Shown here in pieces: positions 48,327-58,587 of a stretch of 64,000 nt of DNA. The position numbers were made by a program, and so were the translations under genes. Origin of the DNA: Longimicrobiales bacterium. GTDB taxonomy: Bacteria > Gemmatimonadota > Gemmatimonadetes > Longimicrobiales > Gaopeijiaceae. How positions within the stretch are numbered: the stretch's first letter is position 1; each line of letters begins with the position of its first letter. The DNA lies in assembly GCA_963664435.2 (NCBI GenBank), contig CAXXKM010000001.1, positions 736,001-800,000 on the forward strand. Direction: 5' to 3'. The notes under the pieces were generated by a model. The model saw only the letters and a list, made by a program, of their open reading frames with translations, was not told the DNA's origin and ran no database searches.

Positions 48327-51300
48327 TCAGCGACTCCGCTGCCCCAGCGCCCCCGCCAGAACCACCGCCGCATGCACGGCCTCCCGTCCGCTTCCGTGCG
48401 CGATCTGGCTCCGGCAGCTGGTGCCGTCGGCGATGACCAGGGCGTCTTCGGCGGCCGCGCGCACCGCGGGGAGCAGATCCAGCTCCGCCATCGTCATCGA
48501 CAGCTCGTAGTGCTCGGCTTCGTAGCCGAAGGAGCCGGCCATGCCGCAGCAGCCGGACTTGATGACGTTGGGCTCGAGCCCGGGAATCCAGTTGATCACG
48601 CGCGGCGTGGCATCGAAGACGCCGAAGGCCTTCTGATGGCAGTGTCCGTGGATGAAGGCGGAGTCCGCGGGCGGCGACTGAAGATCCAGCCGGGGGCGAA
48701 CCCGTTCCTCGTCGCGGACGAGGAGCTCTTCCAGCAGCAGAGCGCGTTCGGCCACGGTCGCTGATTCAGCCCCGGGCAGCATCGCCGGAATCTCGTCCCG
48801 CAAGGTGAGCAGGCACGAGGGTTCGAGCCCGACGATGGTAGCATCGCGAACGCGTGGCGCCGAGAGCGCGTCCAGCAACCGCCGCGCCTCCGTGCGGGCC
48901 TCTTCCACCAGTCCGGCGTTGAGGTAGGTGCGACCGCAGCACAGGGGACGGGAACCGGTACGCGGCCCGGAGCCATTCGGGGGCCTGGAGCCATGCCGCT
49001 TCCGGGCACCCGCCCGAAGCCCCGGACCGGCACCTGCCGCACGCCCGGCCGCCGCTCCCGCTACCTCCACCCTGTATCCCCCCGCCGCCAGCACCTTCAT
49101 TGCCGCGCGCGCGTTCTCCGGTTCGAAGTATCGGCTGAACGTGTCCACCAGCAGCAGCACATCGGGCTCGCCCCGGCGGGCCGGAGGATTCCGGAAGGGC
49201 CTATTCGACCACCTCGGCAGCTCCCGCTCGCGGGCGATGCCGGTGAGCCGCTCGCCCACGCCCCGCAGCAGTCGACTCCGTCCGCCGATGTTGATCAGAG
49301 GCGCCAACCGCGAGCCGCGAGCCGCCAGCCGCGGCAGGTGCGCAAGCGCGAGATCCCGCGCGCCGGCAGGATGCTTCTTCCTGTAGTGGTGCAGGAATTC
49401 GACCTTCATGCGCGCCATGTCCACACCCGCCGGGCATTCGCGCCGGCACGCCTTGCAGCCGACGCACAGGTCGAAGACCTCCTTCATCTCCGGTGAGCGC
49501 ATCGCGTCGGAGCCGAGCTGACCGGTCAACGCCAGCCGCAGGGCGTTCGCGCGCCCGCGCGTGACGTGCTTCTCGTCGCCGGTGACGCGGTAGGAGGGGC
49601 ACATGGTCCCCGGGTCGGCCTTCCGGCACGCGCCGTTGTTGTTGCACATCTCTGCGGCGCCGGCCAGCCCGCCCCACCGGCTCCAGTCGAGCGTGGTCTC
49701 GAAGGGCTTGTGCGCGTAGCCGGGCCGGTAGCGCATGAGGCTGCGGTCGTCCATGCGCGGGGGGTCGACGATCTTTCCGGGATTCATGAACCCGCGTGGG
49801 TCGAAGGCCTGTTTCACCTCCCCGAATGCCGCTGCGAGGCGCCGCCCCATCAGCCCCTCGATGAACTCCGAGCGCACCAGCCCGTCGCCGTGCTCCCCGG
49901 AGTGCGACCCGCCCAGGTCGAGCACGACCTCGTGCACCTCGGAGGCGATGGCGCGCATGCGGCCCACGTCGGGCGCCTGCTTGAGGTTGAGGGACGGGCG
50001 CACGTGCAGGCATCCCACCGACGCGTGCGCGTACCAGGTGCCGTCGGCCCCGTGCCGGTCGAACACTTCGTTGACCCGCGCCCCGAACTCCGCGAGGCGC
50101 GGCAGCGGCACGGCGCAGTCCTCCATGAAGGAGACCGGCTTCACGTCGCCGGGGGACGACATGACGATGCTCAGTCCGGCCTTGCGCACGCCCCAGACCC
50201 GGGCCTGGTCCGCGGCGGTGAGCGCGCGCCGCATGGGCCCGCGATGGCCCAGATCGCCCATCAGCTGCTCGAGCCGGTTCAGCCCCTCTTGCGCGGCGCC
50301 CTCCCCGAACGCCGAGAACTCCACGACCAGCACCGCCCCTGGGTTGCCGGGGAAGACCCGTTCCACCACGGGGCGGAAAGTGGGGTTGGCGCACGCCAGG
50401 CGGAGGACGTTGTCGTCCATCAGCTCGACGGCGGTCGGGTCGAGGGTGACGATGTGCTGCACGGCATCGAGCGCGCTCTCCAGGTCCGGGAAGCGGCAGA
50501 TGCCCAGCAGGCGGTGCGGAGGCAGGCGGGCCAGGTCGAGCTCGAGCGAGGTGAAGAAGGCGAGCGTCCCCTCGGAGCCCACCAGCAGCGGCGCCAGGTT
50601 CAGCCCGGGACGCTCCAGGCGATGCAGGTTGTAGCCGGCGACGTGCCGGAGCACCTTCGGCACCCGCCGCGCCAGTTCAGCCGCCTCGCGCGTGCGGATC
50701 TCCCACATGCGGCGGGCGAGCGCGTGGTGCGCGCCTCCGTTCGCACCGCTCGCACTCCCCCCATCTCCCAGCCACCCCTCCGGCACCTCCCCGAAGCGGT
50801 GCGCGGTCCCGTCCGCGAGGATCGCCTCGATGGCCCGCACCCGGTCGGCCATGATGCCGTATCGGATCGAACGCGCGCCCGAGCTGTTGTTCCCGGCCAT
50901 CCCGCCCAGGGTGGCCCGGCTGGCGGTCGCCACGTCCACCGGATAGAAGAGCCCGTGCGGCGCCAGCCGGCGGTTCAGGTCGTCGAGCACCACGCCGGGC
51001 TCGACCCGCACGGTCTTCGCGTTCACGTCCAAGCGGGAGATCCCGCCCAGGTGCTTGCTGGTGTCGACCACCAGCGCCCGCCCCACCGCCTGCCCGCCCT
51101 GGGACGTCCCCGCCCCCCGCGGAAGCACCGGCACCCCTTCCTGCACGGCGATCTCGATCGCGGTCTTCACGTCCTGCACGGTGCGCGGCACCACCACCCC
51201 CACGGGCTCGATCTGGTAGATGGAGGCGTCCGTGCTGTAGAGCCCGCGACTCACCGGGTCGAAGAGCACCTCACCCTCCAGCTCGCGCCGCAGCCGGGCC

Positions 51301-51341
51301 GCGAGGGAGAGATCGCCGATGCGCGGACGGCGCTCAGTCAT
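48327..51341 (-). CDS. FAD-linked oxidase with Fe-S and CCG domains (GlcD/GlcF-like fusion)
   Basis: RGAGTSQ.GQ, GSEGTL, SGEHGDG, CNNNG.C, C..CK.C..ECP, CCG, GCCGMAG; ATG 51341 preferred. Confidence 0.92.
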   Translation of the reverse strand: MTERRPRIGDLSLAARLRRELEGEVLFDPVSRGLYSTDASIYQIEPVGVVVPRTVQDVKTAIEIAVQEGVPVLPRGAGTSQGGQAVGRALVVDTSKHLGGISRLDVNAKTVRVEPGVVLDDLNRRLAPHGLFYPVDVATASRATLGGMAGNNSSGARSIRYGIMADRVRAIEAILADGTAHRFGEVPEGWLGDGGSASGANGGAHHALARRMWEIRTREAAELARRVPKVLRHVAGYNLHRLERPGLNLAPLLVGSEGTLAFFTSLELDLARLPPHRLLGICRFPDLESALDAVQHIVTLDPTAVELMDDNVLRLACANPTFRPVVERVFPGNPGAVLVVEFSAFGEGAAQEGLNRLEQLMGDLGHRGPMRRALTAADQARVWGVRKAGLSIVMSSPGDVKPVSFMEDCAVPLPRLAEFGARVNEVFDRHGADGTWYAHASVGCLHVRPSLNLKQAPDVGRMRAIASEVHEVVLDLGGSHSGEHGDGLVRSEFIEGLMGRRLAAAFGEVKQAFDPRGFMNPGKIVDPPRMDDRSLMRYRPGYAHKPFETTLDWSRWGGLAGAAEMCNNNGACRKADPGTMCPSYRVTGDEKHVTRGRANALRLALTGQLGSDAMRSPEMKEVFDLCVGCKACRRECPAGVDMARMKVEFLHHYRKKHPAGARDLALAHLPRLAARGSRLAPLINIGGRSRLLRGVGERLTGIARERELPRWSNRPFRNPPARRGEPDVLLLVDTFSRYFEPENARAAMKVLAAGGYRVEVAGAAAGRAAGAGPGLRAGARKRHGSRPPNGSGPRTGSRPLCCGRTYLNAGLVEEARTEARRLLDALSAPRVRDATIVGLEPSCLLTLRDEIPAMLPGAESATVAERALLLEELLVRDEERVRPRLDLQSPPADSAFIHGHCHQKAFGVFDATPRVINWIPGLEPNVIKSGCCGMAGSFGYEAEHYELSMTMAELDLLPAVRAAAEDALVIADGTSCRSQIAHGSGREAVHAAVVLAGALGQRSR

Positions 51342-51591
51342 GGGCGTCCCGGGCGCGCCGGGCGATGGCGCCGCCCGTCCGATGGCGGAAGTTGCCAACG
51401 GCAGATCTATCGGGCAGGCCGGCGGGCGCGTCGGTCACGTCGACGGCCATGGCCGGTCATGGGCCTGTCGGCGGCCGGGCCGCCCGCATCGGTGGTCAGG
51501 CATGGGCGCGCTTCATTAGCTTGCAGGGTTCGTCGCCGGGGGGTCGCCGCATTCTAATCCGTGGCCCTCTCCACGTCACCCGAGAGCGCGC

Positions 51592-52779
51592 ATGACCACA
51601 CGCAGCGGCCGGCACTTTCTCCAGCTTCCCGGCCCCACCAACGTACCCGAGCGCGTCCGGCGCGCCATGGACCGGGCGGTCATCGACCACCGCGGTCCGG
51701 AGTTCGCCGAGCTCACCCTCGCGGTCCTCGAAGACCTGAAACCCGTCTTCAAGACCGACGGCACCGTCTTCGTCTTCCCCTCGTCGGCCACCGGCGCATG
51801 GGAGGCGGCCCTGGTGAACACGCTCTCCCCGGGGGACGGCGTCCTGGCCTTCGACCGCGGCTTCTTCGCCGACAAGTGGGCGGAGGTGGCCGCGCGCCTC
51901 GGGCTCGACGTCGACCTGGTCCCCGGCGACTGGCGCGCCGGTGTCGAGCCGCAACTGGTCGAGGACAGGCTCCGCCGCGACACGAATGGCCGCATCCGCG
52001 CGGTGATGGTCGTGCACAACGAGACCTCCACCGGCGTGACCACCAACATCCCCGACATCCGCGCCGCCATCGACGCCGCCGGCCATCCGGCGCTCTTCAT
52101 GGTCGACACGGTATCCTCGCTCGCGTCCATCGACTTCCGCCACGACGAATGGGGCGTCGACGTGACCGTGACCGGTTCGCAGAAGGGGCTCATGCTCCCG
52201 CCCGGCCTCGGCTTCACCGCCGCCAGCGAGCGCGCACTCGCCGCGCGCCCGGCTGCCCGGCTGCCGCACTCCTACTTCAACTGGGATGACCACCTCGCGG
52301 CCAACGCCAGCGGCTTCTTCCCCTACACCCCCGCGACTACCCTGCTCTTCGGCCTGCGCGAGTCGCTCGCCATGCTCGCCGAGGAGGGGCTCGACCATGT
52401 GTTTTCGCGCCACCGGCGCTTCGCCGAGGCCACGCGAGCCGCGGTCGCCGCCTGGGACCTCGAGTGCTACAGCGTCAACCCGTGCGAGCACTCCAACTCG
52501 CTTACCGCCGTCACGCTCCCCGATGGCCACGACGCCAACGCCCTGCGCCAGGTCATCCTCAAGCACTTCGACATGAGCCTCGGCACCGGTCTCGGCAAGC
52601 TGGACGGGCGCATTTTCCGCATCGGTCACCTGGGAGACCTCAACGAGCTCACGCTCGCCGGCACGTTGGCGGGCGTGGAGATGGGACTGCGGCTTGCGGG
52701 AGTGCCCCACAGAAGCGGGGGCGTGAACGCCGCCCTCGACCCTCTCGCGATGACGAGCCAGCCTCCCGGGTCAGGATGA
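51592..52779 (+). CDS. Serine-glyoxylate aminotransferase-like, class V PLP enzyme
   Basis: PGPTNVP, HNETSTG, D.VSS, GSQKGLMLPPG, FRIGHLG. Confidence 0.92.
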   Translation: MTTRSGRHFLQLPGPTNVPERVRRAMDRAVIDHRGPEFAELTLAVLEDLKPVFKTDGTVFVFPSSATGAWEAALVNTLSPGDGVLAFDRGFFADKWAEVAARLGLDVDLVPGDWRAGVEPQLVEDRLRRDTNGRIRAVMVVHNETSTGVTTNIPDIRAAIDAAGHPALFMVDTVSSLASIDFRHDEWGVDVTVTGSQKGLMLPPGLGFTAASERALAARPAARLPHSYFNWDDHLAANASGFFPYTPATTLLFGLRESLAMLAEEGLDHVFSRHRRFAEATRAAVAAWDLECYSVNPCEHSNSLTAVTLPDGHDANALRQVILKHFDMSLGTGLGKLDGRIFRIGHLGDLNELTLAGTLAGVEMGLRLAGVPHRSGGVNAALDPLAMTSQPPGSG

Positions 52780-52780
52780 C

Positions 52781-52857
52781 TGATACTACGGCCCACTCAC
52801 CCATGATATCACTTGTATGGAATCATGATACTATGCCTGGCCCAAGAGTGATATCAC
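52781..52857. promoter_or_regulatory. AT-rich putative operator region upstream of dctP
   Basis: Palindromes tgatatca (52804-52811) and gtgatatcac (52848-52857); tgatacta occurs twice. Confidence 0.45.
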
Positions 52858-52870
52858 ACACCGGAGAGAG

Positions 52871-53860
52871 ATGATGTCCCGGAAGCACATTCTGGCGCCC
52901 GCGCTGATCGCCGTCGCCCTGTCCGCGTGCGCCCCCGGCGACGACACCGGCCCCGTGGAGATCCGCCTCGGACATGTGGGCGCCCCCGAGTCGCTCTACG
53001 ACATCGTCGCGAACGAATTCGCCGAGCGCGCCAACGAGCGCCTGGGCGAGGCCGGACGCGTCATCGTCTACGGCTCGAGCCAGCTCGGCGGCGACGACGT
53101 GCTGCTGCAGAAGCTCAGGCTGGGCACCGTGGAGATGTCGCTCCCCTCCACGGTAATGTCGTCGGTCATCGACGGCTTCGGTCTCTTCGAGATGCCGTAC
53201 CTGGTGCAGGACCGGGAACACATGAAGCGCATCGAGGAGGAAGTCTTCTGGGATCAGCTGGCGCCGCTTGCCGAAGCGGAGGGCTACCGCATCCTCGCGT
53301 TGTGGGAGAACGGCTTCCGCCACATCACCAACAACGCGCGCCCGATCCGTGGCCCGGAGGACCTCGCGGGCATCAAGCTGCGCACCCCGCGCGGGGTCTG
53401 GCGGGTCAAGCTCTTCCAGGCCTACGGCGCCAACCCGACGCCCATGCCGCTGGCCGAGGTCTTCGTCGCACTCCAGACCGGGGTGATGGACGGACAGGAG
53501 AATCCGCTCGCGCAGATCGCCTCGGCCAAGCTGCACGAGGTGCAATCGTATCTGTCGCTCACGGGGCACGTGTACACGCCCGCGTTCGTTACCGTGGGTG
53601 AAGCCCGCTGGCAGCGTCTGCCGGAGGGAGTGCGCGCCATCCTCGAGGAGACCGCGCGCGAGATGCAGGCGTTCGTGTACGAGACCGCGGCGCGCATGGA
53701 CGCGGAGCTGCTGGAGGAGCTGCGCGCCGCCGGCATCGAGGTGAACGAGGCCGACCGGGCGCGCTTCCGCGCCGCCAGCGACGCCATCTACGACGAGTTC
53801 GCGGAAGAAGTCGACGGGGGCGGAGAGCTGGTGCGACGGGTGGGGGAGTTGGCGGGCTAG
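52871..53860 (+). CDS. dctP: TRAP transporter substrate-binding protein (lipoprotein)
   Basis: Lipobox LSAC; SQLG, WENGFRH, GIKLR, ALQTGV.DGQENP. Confidence 0.92.
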   Translation: MMSRKHILAPALIAVALSACAPGDDTGPVEIRLGHVGAPESLYDIVANEFAERANERLGEAGRVIVYGSSQLGGDDVLLQKLRLGTVEMSLPSTVMSSVIDGFGLFEMPYLVQDREHMKRIEEEVFWDQLAPLAEAEGYRILALWENGFRHITNNARPIRGPEDLAGIKLRTPRGVWRVKLFQAYGANPTPMPLAEVFVALQTGVMDGQENPLAQIASAKLHEVQSYLSLTGHVYTPAFVTVGEARWQRLPEGVRAILEETAREMQAFVYETAARMDAELLEELRAAGIEVNEADRARFRAASDAIYDEFAEEVDGGGELVRRVGELAG

Positions 53861-53870
53861 CAGAGAGTCA

Positions 53871-53902
53871 TTATCATGTTTCATGAAATACTCTCATGAT
53901 AA
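53871..53902. promoter_or_regulatory. Inverted repeat over the antitoxin start (autoregulatory operator)
   Basis: ttatcatg (53871-53878) ... catgataa (53895-53902). Confidence 0.5.
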
Positions 53903-54209
53903 GCCGCGCAAGCGGCGCGTCGCCGAGCCTGTCCAGGTCTATCTGCGTCCGAGCGAAAAGGAGCGCCTCAAGCGACTGACGGCGGAACTGGACACCACCA
54001 AGTCCGATGTGCTGCGGCAAGGGCTGAAGGCCCTGGAGCTCCAGATCTCGGATCCGGAGCATCATCCGGTCCTGAGAATCATCGGGATGGTGTCTTTGCC
54101 CGATGACCCGGGGTTCGACATCGCGCGCGAGCACGACGAGTATCTCGCCGCCAAGGAGATCGCTTCCTGGTCAGATCATCCGCAGGAGCCGAAGCCGGAT
54201 TCCGAGTGA
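53883..54209 (+). CDS. vapB: Ribbon-helix-helix (CopG-like) antitoxin
   Basis: VQVYL..L..L..TKSDVLRQGL, D.AREHD.YL; overlaps the PIN gene. Confidence 0.75.
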   Translation: MKYSHDKPRKRRVAEPVQVYLRPSEKERLKRLTAELDTTKSDVLRQGLKALELQISDPEHHPVLRIIGMVSLPDDPGFDIAREHDEYLAAKEIASWSDHPQEPKPDSE

Positions 54210-54622
54210 AGGGCCTCTTCGTCGACACCAGCGCATGGTATCCTCTCGCCAACGACCGGCACCCCGATCATCGGGCCTTCGCCCGGAGTCTGCGCGCCGG
54301 GGTCCGGCGGGGCGCGAGAATCGTGACCACCAACATCGTGGTCGCCGAGGCTCACGCGTTGCTGATTCGTCGCGCCGGTCTCCACGCCGCATCCGCCTTT
54401 CTCAAAGCGGTTCGCGAAGCTCCGACCCAGGTCGAGTACATCACGCCGGAGCGCGAGGAGGCCGCGATCGGGAACTGGATCGAACGCTTCTCCGATCAGC
54501 CCTTCTCTCTCGCGGATGCCGCCAGCTTCGTGGTCATGGCCGAACTGGGCATCCGCGAGGCGCTGACCCTCGACCACCACTTCATGACGGCGGGCTTCAT
54601 CACGCTGCCGGCCCGCTGCTGA
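54206..54622 (+). CDS. vapC: PIN-domain toxin
   Basis: FVDTSAW, VVAE, SLADA.SF..M, LTLD.HF..AGF. Confidence 0.9.
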   Translation: MKGLFVDTSAWYPLANDRHPDHRAFARSLRAGVRRGARIVTTNIVVAEAHALLIRRAGLHAASAFLKAVREAPTQVEYITPEREEAAIGNWIERFSDQPFSLADAASFVVMAELGIREALTLDHHFMTAGFITLPARC

Positions 54623-54632
54623 GGCTCGCCGA

Positions 54633-55610
54633 GTGTCAGGGCCAGCGACCTCGACTTCGTTGAAGCAGCCTGCCCCGGCGCTCCTGGAGCGGTACGCGCA
54701 AGCGGTATGCCCGGAGCGCGTGCGCCGGGATGTCCCTCTGGCTCCGCTGACCACCTTCCGAATCGGCGGTGCGGCCGACCTGTACTACCGTGCACGGACA
54801 AGCGAGGAGTTGTCCCGCGCGGTGTGTGTCGCACGCGAGATGGGCGTTCCGAGCTTCTTGCTCGGTCGGGGGTCGAACATCCTTGTGGGAGACGGGGGGT
54901 TTCGGGGTGTCGTCATCCGGAGCGACATCGCCACGCTGGAGTTCCGGCCCGGCGGAAGGGTGGTGGCGGGGGCGGGTCTCGACGTCTTTCCGAACCTCAT
55001 CAATGCGACGGTGGCGCGCGGTCTCGGCGGGCTTCATCACTTCGTCGGAATCCCGAGTACGGTCGGGGGGGCGGTCAATGGGAACGTCCACTTCCTTGCG
55101 GCCCCGCCTGCCCGCGACCGCACCGTGTTCTTGGCGGAGGTCATGGAGGGCGCGACGGTCCTTACTCCCGGCGGCGAGGTAAGGTATGAGGGCAGTCAGT
55201 ACTTCCGATTCGGCTACAACTCCAGCGTCCTCCAGGAAACCGGCGACGTGGTCCTGGATGTATCGTTGAAGCTTGTCCCAACGCCGCGCCCGGAACTCAG
55301 GAGGGTGATACGGGAGAATCTCGCCTGGCGCAACGAGCGATTCCCGGCCCTGTGGCTCTACCCCAACGCCGGATCCATCTTCCAGTTGATCGACGGGATC
55401 AATGCGGGTCTGCTGATTGACGAGTGCGGACTGCGGGGGCATGTCCACGGGGCGGCGCAGATCTCCCACAGGCACGCCAACATGATCGTCAACCTCGGAG
55501 GCGCGACCTCGGCAGAGGTGATGACCCTGATCGAGATGTCCCGCGAGGCGGTGGCCCGCGAGACGGGATACGAGCTCGAGACCGAAATCGAGTTCGTAGG
55601 CGAGTTCTGA
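54633..55610 (+). CDS. murB: UDP-N-acetylenolpyruvoylglucosamine reductase (divergent)
   Basis: TTFRIGG.A, LG.GSN.LV.D.G, GIPSTVGGA, NAGSIF, HAN.IVN, LETEI. Confidence 0.85.
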   Translation: MSGPATSTSLKQPAPALLERYAQAVCPERVRRDVPLAPLTTFRIGGAADLYYRARTSEELSRAVCVAREMGVPSFLLGRGSNILVGDGGFRGVVIRSDIATLEFRPGGRVVAGAGLDVFPNLINATVARGLGGLHHFVGIPSTVGGAVNGNVHFLAAPPARDRTVFLAEVMEGATVLTPGGEVRYEGSQYFRFGYNSSVLQETGDVVLDVSLKLVPTPRPELRRVIRENLAWRNERFPALWLYPNAGSIFQLIDGINAGLLIDECGLRGHVHGAAQISHRHANMIVNLGGATSAEVMTLIEMSREAVARETGYELETEIEFVGEF

Positions 55611-55619
55611 CCCGGGCGA

Positions 55620-56633
55620 TCAATTCCCGCGCAGGAGCCTGACCACCTCGCTGACCGTCATGCCGCCCACATCGCGCGCGCCCCCCGCTTCCCGGGCGGA
55701 CCCGATCGCCTGCTCGAAACGGCGTCTCTCGCTGTCCGCAAGCTCGACGATCCCGACCCCGGCCTCCCGCGCGAGCTCCAGGGCCTCGGCATCGACACGC
55801 TCGAACGCCATGGCTCCAGCCACGGAGAGAGCGTCATCCGCGGCTTCGTCGATCCAGGCCCGCTCTTCGGGAGACAGGGCCTCGTACGTCTCCTGGTTCA
55901 GGAGCAGGACAAACGCCAATCCGGATATGGGAAGCCACGTGGTGATGTAGGCGGCCGCCTCGTGAAGTCGGAATGCGACGATTCCCGACGGCCCGATGGC
56001 AACCCCGTCGATGACACCGGTGGTCAGGCTCTGGTGCAGCTCCGTGGCCGGCTGCATGAGGGCGCTGGCGCCGAGCGCTTCGATGAACGGGATGTCGCTC
56101 CGCGAGGACACGCGGATCTTGAGCCCGCGGATGTCCTCGAGCGTCCGCACCGGTGTCTCGCGGGTGAGGAGCACGGGCGGCGTGCTCGACCAGATCGCCA
56201 GAACCCTGGCCCGGAATTCCGGTTCCAGAACCGGCCAGGCGCGCGCGATCGACTCGGTGCACCCCAGCGCGGTCTCGCAGACCCCCGGATAGCCGATGAG
56301 GTCCGTTTTCGGAAAGAGGTCGGGCGTGTAGGCGGGGACGACGAGCGCGATATCGGCCACGCCGTTCAGGAGCATCGAGTACTGGGCGGGGAGCGACGAG
56401 TTCAGGATGCCGCTGGGGTATTGCCTGACCGTCAGCCGGTCGCCCGAGAGGTCCGCCAGCCTTTCGGAGAACGGCGTGAACACGGCTTCGTTCAGAACGT
56501 GATCCGCCGGCAGGAAATGCGCGAGCGACAACTCCCTGCCTTCAGTCGTACCCCCGCATCCCAGCGCAATCGACAATCCGGCTGCGAGCAGTCCATCGGC
56601 TGCCGGGACGAGGCTCCGGCTCACCTTCGCCAC
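55620..56633 (-). CDS. dctP: TRAP transporter substrate-binding protein
   Basis: Lipobox ALGC; YPSG.L, GLKIR, L.TGVIDG. Confidence 0.85.
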   Translation of the reverse strand: MAKVSRSLVPAADGLLAAGLSIALGCGGTTEGRELSLAHFLPADHVLNEAVFTPFSERLADLSGDRLTVRQYPSGILNSSLPAQYSMLLNGVADIALVVPAYTPDLFPKTDLIGYPGVCETALGCTESIARAWPVLEPEFRARVLAIWSSTPPVLLTRETPVRTLEDIRGLKIRVSSRSDIPFIEALGASALMQPATELHQSLTTGVIDGVAIGPSGIVAFRLHEAAAYITTWLPISGLAFVLLLNQETYEALSPEERAWIDEAADDALSVAGAMAFERVDAEALELAREAGVGIVELADSERRRFEQAIGSAREAGGARDVGGMTVSEVVRLLRGN

Positions 56634-56737
56634 CTCAGGGCCCCCGCCGAGGCTGCGCTGCGTCCGGGACGCGGAGTGTAAGGATGTCCATGCCGCCAAA
56701 CTGGCGCCGGTGAGCCGGGGAACGCCAGATCATCCCC

Positions 56738-58032
56738 TCATCCGAACATGGCGTTGGGCAGAAGCGTGGCGAGACCGGGCAGCAGCGCGATCAGAATCAG
56801 CGTCGCGAGCATCGCAAGCCAGAACGGAACGATGCCCCGAAACATCGTCTGGACCGGCACGTCGGGAGCGACGCCCTTCACCACGAAGATATTGAGCCCG
56901 ACCGGAGGCGAGATCAGGCCCATCTCGAGCGTGATCACGATCATCACGCCGAACCAGATCATGTCGACGCCCAGGGACTCCAGAATCGGCTGAACCAGGG
57001 GCACGGTCAGCACGAGCATCGCGAAGCCGTCGAGAAAGGTGCCCAGCACGATGACATGGCCAGCACCAGCAGTACGACCTGTGCGCCCGAAAACCCCTGC
57101 TCGCTGACCCATTCGGAGGCGACAAAGGCGATCCCCGTGAATCCGAGAAAGACCTTGAACACGAACGCGCCGGACAGCACCAGGAAAGCGGTTCCTGTCG
57201 CCCGCAGCGTGGCGCTGACCACGTCGGTCACGGCGTTCCGGTCCACCGCACGCCGCGCAAACGCCGCGACCAGCGCCAGCAACGCGCCCACCGCAGCCGC
57301 TTCGACGGCGGAGAAGATGCCGGCGTAGATGCCGCCGATGGTCACCACGACGATGCCCAGGATCCACGTCGCTCGTCCCGTAGCTCTGAGACGATCCCGC
57401 CAGGGAACGGGTGCCGTCGCGTGGGGAGCCTTGTCCGGGTCGCGTCTCACGACGATCCAGACGGCGAGCACGAACAGAAGCGTGAGCAGTATCCCGGGGA
57501 ATACCCCGGCCATGAACAGGCGCCCGATGCTCTCTTCGGTGATAATGCCGTAGATGACCAGCCCCGCCGAGGGCGGGATCAGTATGCCGAGCGTTCCGCC
57601 GGCCGCGATGACGCCCGTCGCCAGCGAATCGTCGTACTTGTACCGTCGCATCTCGGGGAGCGACACGCGCCCCATGGTCAGAGCGGCGGCCAGCGACGAG
57701 CCCGACAGAGCCGAGAATCCGGCACACGCGACGATCGACGCGGACGCGAGGCTGCCCCGGACGCGGCCGAGCCAGCTGTGGGCCGCGCGATACAGGTCCT
57801 GACTCATCCCGGAGATCACCGCCAGGTTCCCCATCAGCATGAACAGGGGCAGGATGGTGAGGGAATACCGCGAGGCTACCGCGAACACCTCCCCCGCCAG
57901 CACCGGCACGACCGCGCCCGGGCGGATCGCGGCGACGCCCACGATCAGCATCGCGAGCCCCACGGGCACCCGGATCACGAGCAGCACCAGGAGGGCGAGA
58001 AATCCGAGCAGGGCGATGCTGCTTCCGTCCAT
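56738..58032 (-). pseudogene. dctM: TRAP large permease with a single-base frameshift near 57055
   Basis: LPLF.LMG, SGSS.A, GGTLGILIPPS, SIG.LF.AG; C-terminal EMGLISPPVGLN is in another frame. Confidence 0.85.
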
Positions 58033-58571
58033 CAGTCTGCGGGCTCGTTGGGATCATCGCCGTGCCAGGTTGCGAACCCCAGAAACAGCTGGGACGCGAG
58101 CAGCAGTGCGTAGGCGGCAAGCGACGCGCCGAGCGCGTAATAGAACGGAATGTGGGAGATCGAGACGCTGGGGGTCGCGGCCCCGCAGGCAGCACCGCAA
58201 CTGCCGTGCACGAACAGGGCGTACGCGGCCGTGCCGGTCACGGCCACGCTCAGCAGGCGGGCGACGGCGTCCGTGATTCTGGTCAGGCGCCGTCCCGCAA
58301 CGCGCGCGATCAGGTTGACGCAGACGTGCGCGCCTTCCTGGGCCCCATAGGCGATCGCCGCCGCCACCACGACCGCGAGCGACATCGTGACGAGGTCCTC
58401 GGCCCACAGCAGCGAGTTGTTCAGGACGTAGCGCCAGAAGACTTCGGCCACGGTGACTGCGAGCAGGATCACGAGCGCGATCCCGCCGACGACCGCGAAC
58501 GCACCTCCGACGCGGCCGCAGTACGCCTCGGCCTGCTCGAAGCGGTCGCGATGCTGTTCGAAGAAGGTCAT
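58032..58571 (-). CDS. dctQ: TRAP small permease
   Basis: V..RY..N..W.E, H..V; four TM helices. Confidence 0.85.
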   Translation of the reverse strand: MTFFEQHRDRFEQAEAYCGRVGGAFAVVGGIALVILLAVTVAEVFWRYVLNNSLLWAEDLVTMSLAVVVAAAIAYGAQEGAHVCVNLIARVAGRRLTRITDAVARLLSVAVTGTAAYALFVHGSCGAACGAATPSVSISHIPFYYALGASLAAYALLLASQLFLGFATWHGDDPNEPAD

Positions 58572-58587
58572 GGCCTGGCAGCTTCGC

